From contig JAEOTE010000108.1 of the NCBI GenBank assembly GCA_016839945.1, forward strand, positions 25,966-89,965: 64,000 nt of DNA. Reading direction: 5' to 3'. The position numbers and the translations under genes are program-made. This document shows, one piece after another, positions 40,120 through 48,861 of this stretch. Every line of letters begins with the position of its first letter. Position 1 is the first letter of the stretch. The notes below the pieces were generated by a model. It had not been told where the DNA came from, ran no database searches, and saw nothing but the letters and a program-made list of their open reading frames with translations. Source of the DNA: Candidatus Heimdallarchaeota archaeon (lineage in GTDB: Archaea > Asgardarchaeota > Heimdallarchaeia > Heimdallarchaeales > Heimdallarchaeaceae).

Positions 40120-41874
40120 CTACCCAACTATGTTTGCAACAATTTCCTTGTATTTGAAGAAAATCAGTCTTTTATGCCCAGTTTCTGCAATTAGTCCATA
40201 AGTATTGATTGTATAAGTATCATCTGTGAGTGAGAAGTAAACAAAACCATTAACTCTTGCATCGTTTGCACAAATCTCAAGCATTCTTGTCAATGCTCCT
40301 TCTTGAACTCTTTCTCCATACATTACAGCAGACAATCCAAACTCAATAATCCAGAATTCTTTTTCATTTGGGACTATTTTATCAAGATAATCATTTATCT
40401 CCTCAATATCTCTTTCATGAATAACATAGTAGTCTATTCCTATGAAATCAAGAGTGCTATTTGTCCATAAAGGCTCGAATATATTATATTCATCACTGAA
40501 ACCATTAAAAGATAATTTTACTCCTACTTCGGTGTCATTTGACAATGAATGTAAGTGGTTTACAGTGTTATTAATGGTGGTTACCCATGTATCTATTGAA
40601 GGAACTTCTTTAAGATAAGCAGTAGAGAAACCAAAAGGTTCAGGATAGATAATAAGATATTCTGGATTACATTCTTCCAATAGTGTTATTGCTTGATTCT
40701 CCAAAGTTTCCGTATATTCAGAAAAGCTAATGTTTTGATAAGCCCATGCAGGGGTGCTATATCCATATGTTGTAAGCATTATTTTGAAACCATTAGATTT
40801 CAATATATTCATAGCTTGTTTGAATCCCGTAAGATTGTTATCTATTAATTCTTGTCTCACATCTAATTTTACTGTAGATACATTTAATTCTAATAATGCA
40901 TCTAGCTCGTTTTGGAATTCTGTTTCATAGTTAAAAAGAAAAGCATCAGAGTAAGAGATTGAAGTAAGAGTTACTCCTGTATCAAAATCTGATCTTAAAG
41001 AGAACATAGGATCATAGTTCTTTGAAGTGTATGAACTGTAAGAGCTCATAACTCCTATTGCTTGAAAACTGAAGACTAGAAGAAGGATAGCTAACATTGC
41101 ATAGATACCTTTTGCTCCATTATCCATAAATGATAGAAAAGGTAGAGAAGGTTTTTTCTCAATTTCCTCTACTTCTTGTTCGACTTCATCTAAGAAAACA
41201 CTCGCTCTTTTTCTCTTTTTGGATAAAGTGTCTTCTTTAGGTTTTGTTGCTTTTTGAGGTAGGCTTATTTTCTTTTCAATTTGCAAAGGTATACAAATTG
41301 GAATTATTATCAAAGCAGGATAAGCATAGTTTAATTGTCCGCTGAAAAAGAACGCTTGAAACATTGCATATCCAATAGCTGGAAGAACTAACATCCAATC
41401 AAGGAATTTAGGAAGAATAAAAGAAGTCTCAGCTGAGATTTTGTTAATAAATAGTAATGCAGTTAGAATTGCACTCAAAGAAAATAGAATGTTTGTTATT
41501 TTTCTCATTACAGTGGATTTGGTGATACCAAGAAAAGAAAATACAGTAACAGTAATATTGTTAATTGTTAGCAGCAATGCCCCTACTAATCCTGCAGTAG
41601 TTAAGCTCCCAAACCCATAGAAGAACAATAGGAATGTTCCTACAAAAATAAAGAATCCAGATAGAACATACAAATACATTTTTTCGTATTTTTCATGTTC
41701 AAGAGTGAATTTCACAAATGGTTTTTCTTTATCAAACAGATTTATTATATTTTGAAGTAAGAAAGTAATAAAATCTTTCAAAAAGAAATATAGGGGTTTT
41801 GCACTTACTGAAAAATTGAAAACGAGAGATACAATTGCTATGACAAATGCTCCACCAAATCCAAATATAGCCAT
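40120..41874 (-). CDS. Polytopic membrane protein with C-terminal clan GH-A glycoside hydrolase-like barrel
   Basis: About 6-7 TMs, then IYPEP (acid/base-like), DFIGIDYY, WIIEFG (nucleophile-like), YGLI. Confidence 0.7.
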   Translation of the reverse strand: MAIFGFGGAFVIAIVSLVFNFSVSAKPLYFFLKDFITFLLQNIINLFDKEKPFVKFTLEHEKYEKMYLYVLSGFFIFVGTFLLFFYGFGSLTTAGLVGALLLTINNITVTVFSFLGITKSTVMRKITNILFSLSAILTALLFINKISAETSFILPKFLDWMLVLPAIGYAMFQAFFFSGQLNYAYPALIIIPICIPLQIEKKISLPQKATKPKEDTLSKKRKRASVFLDEVEQEVEEIEKKPSLPFLSFMDNGAKGIYAMLAILLLVFSFQAIGVMSSYSSYTSKNYDPMFSLRSDFDTGVTLTSISYSDAFLFNYETEFQNELDALLELNVSTVKLDVRQELIDNNLTGFKQAMNILKSNGFKIMLTTYGYSTPAWAYQNISFSEYTETLENQAITLLEECNPEYLIIYPEPFGFSTAYLKEVPSIDTWVTTINNTVNHLHSLSNDTEVGVKLSFNGFSDEYNIFEPLWTNSTLDFIGIDYYVIHERDIEEINDYLDKIVPNEKEFWIIEFGLSAVMYGERVQEGALTRMLEICANDARVNGFVYFSLTDDTYTINTYGLIAETGHKRLIFFKYKEIVANIVG

Positions 41875-41928
41875 TTTTCCTCACTCTCTAACTTTTTGAG
41901 CGTTTAAATGTCTTACCATTCCAAGCTT

Positions 41929-42657
41929 TTAATTAAATATAACTTCTGAAAGATCTTTAATAGAACCTCTGAAATCCGGAATAGTTTCTTTAGTGATAAG
42001 GTCTTCATTTTCGAATGTAGATTCCAAGAAAAATGTTTTGAAACCAAGTTTCTTTGCACTCATATCTCTTAATCCATCATTTCCTATAACTAGTGATTTA
42101 TTTGGTTCCTTCTTTGTTAAGTCTACAATCTCAAACCAGTATTTACTATTTCCTTTACAAAATTTACTGTTTTCTGCGTGAGTTATATGATCAAAATAAT
42201 CAGGAGATAAACCACCCCATTCAATTCTTCTTTTTATGGATATTAATGGAAAAACAGGATTGGTTGCTAAAATTATTTTAGCATCAGGTATTTTTTCTCT
42301 AATATCTAGAAGTAGTTCCTTAGCTCCATCCATAGGAGTTATTATAGGTTTTATCACATCGAATTTTGTTTCGTAGAAATGGAGAAATCTTTGCCTTATC
42401 TCCTCACAATCAGCATTAAATTTTGGACAAAAATCTTGTAAGAAATCATCAAGAGCTGATGTTAACTCATTATCGTTGTATTCCATTATCTCAGTTGAGC
42501 TCAGGATTTCTTTAATGAAAGCTTGTGGATCTGGAATCAGATCAATAAAAAACTGAGACGCTGCCCCAAGATATCTTCGAATAAACTCTTCTGGATTAAA
42601 ATTAATTAAAGTTCCATCTAAATCAAAGAGAAAAGCTTGAAATTGCATTGTAGTCAC
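41929..42657 (-). CDS. HAD-family hydrolase
   Basis: FDLDGTL, LATNPVFP, IGND...D. Confidence 0.88.
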   Translation of the reverse strand: MTTMQFQAFLFDLDGTLINFNPEEFIRRYLGAASQFFIDLIPDPQAFIKEILSSTEIMEYNDNELTSALDDFLQDFCPKFNADCEEIRQRFLHFYETKFDVIKPIITPMDGAKELLLDIREKIPDAKIILATNPVFPLISIKRRIEWGGLSPDYFDHITHAENSKFCKGNSKYWFEIVDLTKKEPNKSLVIGNDGLRDMSAKKLGFKTFFLESTFENEDLITKETIPDFRGSIKDLSEVIFN

Positions 42658-42659
42658 AA

Positions 42660-43544
42660 CTATGAGAGTTCAAATAATTTGTATTCAGTGTCCAAACATA
42701 GACCTATGCATCCTGGTCCTGTATGTGTAACAATTGTCATTCCTATCTCTCCAATTGAGATTTTAGCATCTTTTGATTGTATAGTCTCCTCTATATGTTT
42801 TTTAAGAAAATTAGCAGATTCTAAGTTCCTTGAATGCATGATGTAAGCATTGAATTTGTCAGGTTTACCTTTTTTCTCATATGCTGTGTTGAAGGATTCA
42901 AGTACTGCAGCTTCATATCCTCTAACAGACTTAACAACCTCCATTTTGCCATCCTCAAAATTAATTACTGGCTTCATGTCTACTAATTTTGCTATCCAGT
43001 ACTTAGAACGGCTTAATCGACCACCTCTGTGTAGATATTGAAGGTCAGGAACTGTGAAACCTATTTCAAGAGTCTTTCTATAGTTCTCAAGTTCTTCCAT
43101 TATTTTTTCTCCACCCATTCCTTGCCTAGCTAGTTCTGAAGCTTTCAAAGCAATAAGTCCTAAGCCAAAAGTAGCTAATTTTGCATCATATATATGAATT
43201 TTAGCAGGATTTTCTACTTTTCTTTCATACATTCTACGAGCATTTAGAGCACTATTATATGAACCAGATATACCAGAACTAATTACAACATTCAAAACCT
43301 CATCTGCTTCCTTACCAAGCTTCTCATACATTTCATACTGATGATGAAGTGTGGGATTAGCGGTTTTCGGATAAACACTTGATGAAAAGAATTTCTCGTA
43401 GAACTTATCCATATTGATATCTACATTTTCATAATAAATCTCATCACCAAAAGTTATTACTGTTGGTACCAAAGAAAGATCATTTTCTTTTACAATTTTT
43501 TCAGGAATATCTGCAGCACTATCTGTCATTACTTTTACTGTCAT
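42660..43544 (-). CDS. DegV/FakB fatty-acid-binding protein
   Basis: TDSAAD, PKTANP, ISSGISGSY, LHRGGR, KP, HTGPG. Confidence 0.93.
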   Translation of the reverse strand: MTVKVMTDSAADIPEKIVKENDLSLVPTVITFGDEIYYENVDINMDKFYEKFFSSSVYPKTANPTLHHQYEMYEKLGKEADEVLNVVISSGISGSYNSALNARRMYERKVENPAKIHIYDAKLATFGLGLIALKASELARQGMGGEKIMEELENYRKTLEIGFTVPDLQYLHRGGRLSRSKYWIAKLVDMKPVINFEDGKMEVVKSVRGYEAAVLESFNTAYEKKGKPDKFNAYIMHSRNLESANFLKKHIEETIQSKDAKISIGEIGMTIVTHTGPGCIGLCLDTEYKLFELS

Positions 43545-43601
43545 AATTCAAACCTTATTTAAGAAAAAAGAGGATTAATTTAAATTTTGCTGGAATCTAC
43601 T

Positions 43602-44492
43602 TCAAAAATCGAAATTTCTTGTAACCATTAATGCAAGACAACGAGGTCCAGTATGTGAAGCTATTACTCCACCAATTCTGAATGTTTCACCTACATTGAG
43701 ACCTGGGTATTGTTCTTGAGCACTTTTAGCAATTTCCTCTGCTTTATCACGAAAATCAGATTCTAGAAAATGTAATGTTAAATCTTTAGCTTCTACACCT
43801 TCGAAATAATCGATGAGCATTTTTAGACTTGTTTTAATTGATTTATCATAACCAGTCACACTTTTTACAACTTCAAGGTTTCCATCAATGAATGTTATAA
43901 TTGGATTCATAGACATTAATTTAGCTGCATAATATTTTGTCTTTGAAAGTCTTCCACCTTCAAACAACCATTTAAGATTTTCAACAGTGAAGTAGAGCTT
44001 AACATCCTTTTCTTGCCATTGCTTAATCATAGCTATGATTTCTTCTGCATTGAAGCCTTCTTTTGCTAATTGAGCTGCTTTAATAACAGATAATCCCATT
44101 AAGGAACTAGCTGCTAAAGTGTCATATATGTAAATTTTTGCTGAATCTGGATTAGATTTTTCATACATTTTTTTCGCAAATTGTGCATTAGCCACTGCAC
44201 CACTTATCTTGCTTGAAAGATGAAACGAGATAATTTCATCATACTTTTCACCATATTTCTCATAAGCTACTAGCAAATCATGCTGAGTTGATTGAGAAGT
44301 GTGAGGTTGTTTTTCACTTGAATATAGTTTCTTATAGAATTCAGATGTTTTCAATTGCAGTAGTTCTTTGTAATCATCTATTCCAAAAATCACATGCATA
44401 GGCACCCAACTAATATCATATTTATCATAAAGTGTTTTATCATCTGGAACATTCAAATCAGCACTTGTATCACATATAATCTTAACAGTCAT
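43602..44492 (-). CDS. DegV/FakB fatty-acid-binding protein
   Basis: DTSADL, PHTSQ, LSSKISG, GGRL, HTGP; ATG 44492 aligns with the neighbouring paralog (MTVK). Confidence 0.93.
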   Translation of the reverse strand: MTVKIICDTSADLNVPDDKTLYDKYDISWVPMHVIFGIDDYKELLQLKTSEFYKKLYSSEKQPHTSQSTQHDLLVAYEKYGEKYDEIISFHLSSKISGAVANAQFAKKMYEKSNPDSAKIYIYDTLAASSLMGLSVIKAAQLAKEGFNAEEIIAMIKQWQEKDVKLYFTVENLKWLFEGGRLSKTKYYAAKLMSMNPIITFIDGNLEVVKSVTGYDKSIKTSLKMLIDYFEGVEAKDLTLHFLESDFRDKAEEIAKSAQEQYPGLNVGETFRIGGVIASHTGPRCLALMVTRNFDF

Positions 44493-44623
44493 AATTTCTA
44501 ACAAAACTAGGTTTGATTTAAGTTTTTTCTGAAGTATGATAATATGAAAAGAAAGATACAGAAGAGGAAAATATATAAATTGGCTGTTTGAAGCATGTTT
44601 AGAAGTCACGAAGGAAGACTCAA

Positions 44624-45379
44624 ATGCGTAAGAAAATCTTTACTCTAGCTATAGTTTCTATTACAATTCTCTTAATTACTGGATTTCCTATAATTAGAGC
44701 TTCTAACATTACAAATAACCTATCAATCATGCAACCTGACACAGAAGATAGTTTTCAAAATGAACTAATCAAGAATTCTTTGAATGATACAATTCCTGAT
44801 AGACCATTTCTGGAAATAAAAAAGGATTTCAATTTGACACTATTAGTACCTAATATTGAGAAAAAAACCTTTCAAGTTGAGCCTGGTCAGACAATAAATG
44901 TAAACATCACAATAAAAAACATTGGACAAAGAACAGCATATAATTTAACAGTAGTTGATCCAAGTTTTGCAGATTGGGCTATTTCAAGCTTGAACATAAA
45001 CACACAAAAATATGTAATTGTTCAACCAAATGCAACAGTTTTCTATTATTATTACTTTGTACCAATTCTTGAAGGTAATTACACTCTTGAATCTACAGAA
45101 ATAGATTACTTCCATCTCAATGGAAGCGAATATAGATCATTCTCTCAGAGATTTAACATCTTTTCAATTATAGAAGAAGTCGAACAAACTATTCAAGGTG
45201 AACTTTGGAGTAAGATTTTAGTTTATTGTATAGTAATTGCTGGATCAATAGGATTGGTTGTAGCAGGTGATTATTATCTCGTTAGAAGAAGACGAGTAAA
45301 AACAAAGAAAGTTGTAAAAAAAGCACCTGTTCAAAAAAGTAAGAAGGAACAGAAAAGAAAAATACAGAAAAGAAGATAG
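44624..45379 (+). CDS. Translocon-associated protein beta (TRAP-beta/SSR2)-like protein
   Basis: Signal peptide, Ig-like domain with NIGQRTAYNLTVVDPSF and P..EGNYTL....DY, single C-terminal TM, basic tail. Confidence 0.65.
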   Translation: MRKKIFTLAIVSITILLITGFPIIRASNITNNLSIMQPDTEDSFQNELIKNSLNDTIPDRPFLEIKKDFNLTLLVPNIEKKTFQVEPGQTINVNITIKNIGQRTAYNLTVVDPSFADWAISSLNINTQKYVIVQPNATVFYYYYFVPILEGNYTLESTEIDYFHLNGSEYRSFSQRFNIFSIIEEVEQTIQGELWSKILVYCIVIAGSIGLVVAGDYYLVRRRRVKTKKVVKKAPVQKSKKEQKRKIQKRR

Positions 45380-45446
45380 TTTTTCTTTCTATTTCATTTT
45401 TCTAATTCGAATCTATCATTTTATATATATCAATGTTCAAAAAAGT

Positions 45447-46424
45447 TTGATGACATTAAAAGAGCTTCTAGAAAAAGATTTGAAATTCTTACTTGTTGGT
45501 GGAAAAGGGGGAGTAGGAAAAACAAGTGTAGCATCAGCTCTATCGATTGCTTTGGCAGAAAAAGGTAAAAGAGTGCTTATAATCTCAACGGATCCCGCTC
45601 ACAGTGTTTCTGACTCATTTGATTTGGATTTTTCTTCTGGAGACATTACCAAAGTTAAAGGAGTAAAAGGTGATTTATTCGCTTTAGAAATCAATCCTGA
45701 AACAGCTGGGAGTGAAATATCCAAAGCTATAGGCCAAGATGTAGATAGTAATCAGTTTTCAAATTTCGCTACAATGCCCGGATTATCCGAATTACAAGGT
45801 TTTAGCGAGGATATGCAATCCATCCCACCACCTGGCATGGATGAAGCTCTTAGTTTTGCTAAAATACTTGAATACGCTGAGGATGATTTTTATGATACTG
45901 TTGTTCTTGATACTGCTCCTACTGGGCATACTCTAAGATTGTTGAACATCCCAGAGTTTCTAGATTCATTCTTAGGAAGAATGCTAAAAATGAAAGCATT
46001 CATACAAAATGCAATGACCATGGTAAAATCACTTTTTGGTGCAAAAGATGAGAAAGATAGAACAATAGAAACATTAGAAGCGATGAAAGAGAAAGTCCTT
46101 ATTGCAAGAGATCAGCTAATGGATCAAGAAAAAACTCAATTTGTTAAAGTGTTAATTCCAACCATGATGAGTGTTTTTGAAACAGAGAGACTTGTTGAGG
46201 AGTTGAATCAACATCTGATACCTCATGAGTTTAGCGTGGTTAATATGGTTAATCCAGATAATCAAGAATGCCAATATTGTACTCATAGAAGAAAAGAGCA
46301 TTTAAAGAATATAGAATACATAGAATCAGCATTTCCTAAAAATGATATAACTGTTGTTGAAGCCTTTGATCAGGAGATAAGAGGATTAGATATGCTTTCT
46401 CAATTTCGAGACAGTATTATTTAA
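45447..46424 (+). CDS. Get3/TRC40 (ArsA-family) ATPase
   Basis: GGKGGVGKT, STDPAH, PGMDEA, DTAPTGHTLRLL, ETERL, C-terminal CQYC; single ATPase domain with Met-rich helices. Confidence 0.9.
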   Translation: MMTLKELLEKDLKFLLVGGKGGVGKTSVASALSIALAEKGKRVLIISTDPAHSVSDSFDLDFSSGDITKVKGVKGDLFALEINPETAGSEISKAIGQDVDSNQFSNFATMPGLSELQGFSEDMQSIPPPGMDEALSFAKILEYAEDDFYDTVVLDTAPTGHTLRLLNIPEFLDSFLGRMLKMKAFIQNAMTMVKSLFGAKDEKDRTIETLEAMKEKVLIARDQLMDQEKTQFVKVLIPTMMSVFETERLVEELNQHLIPHEFSVVNMVNPDNQECQYCTHRRKEHLKNIEYIESAFPKNDITVVEAFDQEIRGLDMLSQFRDSII

Positions 46425-46454
46425 GTCAAAATCTATTGAATTGAAGGGAATTAC

Positions 46455-47264
46455 ATGGTTAAACTAACTGACTCAACAATAGATGTTCAAGATACTTCAG
46501 AAGTTGTTTATGCTGATGCTCATAGTCATTTAGTTCCGAATTGGTTTGAATTAGAAGAGATAGAAGAAATCGTTTCTAAAGCACGAAAAGTTGGAGTTAA
46601 GGTAATAGTAAATAGTGTTTTAGAATCAGAGCATTATGATTTTGGACTGAAGACAATAAAAAATAAAGGAGTTTTTCTAACAGCAGGAATCGAAATCACA
46701 AAAATAACAAAAAACCTAGTGGAAGATCTAAAGAAATTCTTTCAACAAAATGAGGAGAATATAGTAGCAATTGGAGAAATAGGATTGGATTTTCATTGGA
46801 TTAAGGAGGAAGAAAAACAAAAGAAACAAGAACAGTTTTTCAAGGATTTAATCTTCTTTTCTCAGAAATCAGATATACCCATAGTGATCCATTCTAGAGG
46901 AGCAGAAGGGAGAGCTATAAAGATTCTTAAAGAAAGTGGAGCTGAGGATGTATTGATGCATTGTTTTGATGGTACAAACCAACAAGTTCAAGATATTATG
47001 GCTATGGATTGGTATATAACTGTTCCAACAAGCACTGTATATAGAAAGAACTTTCAGAAAATCATACAAACTGTATCTTTAGATAATCTTATGTTTGAAA
47101 CTGATAGTCCTTTCCATTCTCTTCAGAAAGGAGAGAAGAATGATCCTTCAAACATCCCAATTCTATGTAAGCATGCAGCAAAAATTCTTGAAGTAAATGA
47201 GAAAGAGTTAGCTCGAATAACTACCAAAAACACAAGTAATTTTTATCGAATTTCTTACAAATAA
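46455..47264 (+). CDS. tatD: TatD family nuclease
   Basis: DAHSH, IGEIGLD, IHSR, MHCF, ETDSP. Confidence 0.93.
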   Translation: MVKLTDSTIDVQDTSEVVYADAHSHLVPNWFELEEIEEIVSKARKVGVKVIVNSVLESEHYDFGLKTIKNKGVFLTAGIEITKITKNLVEDLKKFFQQNEENIVAIGEIGLDFHWIKEEEKQKKQEQFFKDLIFFSQKSDIPIVIHSRGAEGRAIKILKESGAEDVLMHCFDGTNQQVQDIMAMDWYITVPTSTVYRKNFQKIIQTVSLDNLMFETDSPFHSLQKGEKNDPSNIPILCKHAAKILEVNEKELARITTKNTSNFYRISYK

Positions 47265-47275
47265 TTGTTTATTTC

Positions 47276-48112
47276 TCAAAAGTATGAGAAATTAAAACTT
47301 TCTTTTCCAAGCAAGAAGCAACTTACTAAAGAAGAAGTGATTTTCTCAAATTTATCTTTTTTGAACACTTTAAGGATTTTATTGAGTTCTTTGGAGAACT
47401 CCCCATTAGAAGAGAAATAAACATTTTTGATATGTTTGATATTCTTTATTTTATCGACTCTCTCTCTTATTTCGTCAATTAGTATCTTTGCTGACCTATT
47501 GTTTCCTTCTTCACTCCATTTTCCGTAGCTAAACTGGTAGAAAATATAAGGTTTTAAAGAAGAGGTTATAGCAGAAGTTTTGATGGTTTTTCCTACACCC
47601 AAATTGCTTAACTGTTCGCTTCTAGTTAAAACATAAGAAGTGATTTTCTTATCTAATCGAATGGCTTCTTTTCTTATTTCATTAATATTTTCTGCATCTG
47701 GTATTTTTCTTGCTAACTTTTCTATAAATATTCCAGATGATGTCCCTAAGGTTTGTGTATCGATAATATCTATATCAACATCAGATACAATTTTCTTAGC
47801 AACAAGTGCATTTTCAAAAACTGCAGGAGTCGATAAAGAAGAGTGAATGCTGATAAGTGATTTATATTCCTCTGCTAAGTAAGTGTAAAGCTCAACATAA
47901 TCCTTGATGCTAGGAGATAGTAATTTTGATTTTTCATCCTTTTTAATAACTGATAGTAATTTAGATGTTTGGAGTTCTTGAATCTTTATTCTTTCTTCGT
48001 ACTTATTGCCTTTTGAATCTTCTATAACATAACCTAGAGGATATATGTTTAAAACCTCATATAATTTAGAAGGTACTTCTCTTGATGTATCAATTACTAT
48101 TGCAGTATTCAT
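47276..48112 (-). CDS. Divergent DegV-like protein
   Basis: IVIDTS, SPSIKDY..LY, ISIHSS, IDIIDTQ, KP; lacks GGR and HxGP. Confidence 0.65.
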   Translation of the reverse strand: MNTAIVIDTSREVPSKLYEVLNIYPLGYVIEDSKGNKYEERIKIQELQTSKLLSVIKKDEKSKLLSPSIKDYVELYTYLAEEYKSLISIHSSLSTPAVFENALVAKKIVSDVDIDIIDTQTLGTSSGIFIEKLARKIPDAENINEIRKEAIRLDKKITSYVLTRSEQLSNLGVGKTIKTSAITSSLKPYIFYQFSYGKWSEEGNNRSAKILIDEIRERVDKIKNIKHIKNVYFSSNGEFSKELNKILKVFKKDKFEKITSSLVSCFLLGKESFNFSYF

Positions 48113-48166
48113 TTGATTAGAGGATACTTCTTTGCAATACTAGATAAAGTTTCTCTTGTGTTAAAA

Positions 48167-48430
48167 TTACTCGCTAGTTTCACTTGTTTCTCTTTCTTCT
48201 CTAAATTTCTCATAATCTTCTCTAGTTACTTCAATTGGAATAGTTCCACTCCAACCGCAATCTTTGTCAGTACAAGTGTAATGTCCTGGAATAAATATTT
48301 CAGTTGTAGGTTTAGAAGGGGAAAAACAAATAGGACAAACAGTTAGAATATCACGAATAGGTCTTTTTTTTATCTTTGGAAAAAAGTCTCTTTTAGAGAG
48401 TTCTTCATTTTCTTCAGGAATAGATTTCAC
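48167..48430 (-). CDS. Small Zn-finger protein
   Basis: CPIC...YTCTDKDCGWSG; co-oriented 6 nt after SUI1. Confidence 0.65.
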   Translation of the reverse strand: MKSIPEENEELSKRDFFPKIKKRPIRDILTVCPICFSPSKPTTEIFIPGHYTCTDKDCGWSGTIPIEVTREDYEKFREERETSETSE

Positions 48431-48436
48431 CTTGTG

Positions 48437-48754
48437 TTAAAATTGAACTTCGATGTTAGAACTAGGGAATCCAAATTCCTCAAGTAGTTGCTTTATTTTA
48501 TATCTGTGATCCCCTTGTAATTCTATTCTCCCTTCTTTTGATGTTCCACCGCAAGCAAGTTTAGTTTTTAGTTGTTTAGCTAGAGCACCAAGGTCTACTT
48601 CATCAGGGTCTATACCTGTAACAAGTGTATATTTTTTCCCATACCTTCGAGTTTCGATTCCCACTCTGATTATCTGTTCTTCTTTGGCAATTTCTTCACA
48701 AATGCATAAATCTCCAGGAAGTCCGCAAGTTAAACATAATTCGTCTTCAGACAC
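48437..48754 (-). CDS. sui1: Translation initiation factor SUI1/aIF1
   Basis: CLTCGLP..LCIC, RRYGK..T, LKTKLACGGT, IELQGDH. Confidence 0.95.
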   Translation of the reverse strand: MSEDELCLTCGLPGDLCICEEIAKEEQIIRVGIETRRYGKKYTLVTGIDPDEVDLGALAKQLKTKLACGGTSKEGRIELQGDHRYKIKQLLEEFGFPSSNIEVQF

Positions 48755-48861
48755 AGATAAAGAAACGCAAGTGTATATTTATACTTTTTCATCAAACTTC
48801 AATTATTTAACTAAATGCAGAAAGAGCAGTTAAAATGAAAGAATCATTTAAATAAAGTCAA

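Noticed and set aside
44544-44591. Mini-ORF MKRKIQKRKIYKLAV with a 19/21-nt match to the 3' end of the TRAP-beta-like gene (45352-45372)
   Set aside because: Low-complexity purine-rich sequence that overlaps the likely TATA box; cannot be distinguished from chance
45447-46424. Arsenite-resistance ATPase ArsA
   Set aside because: Single domain, no ars operon neighbours, and Get3-type CxxC and Met-rich features
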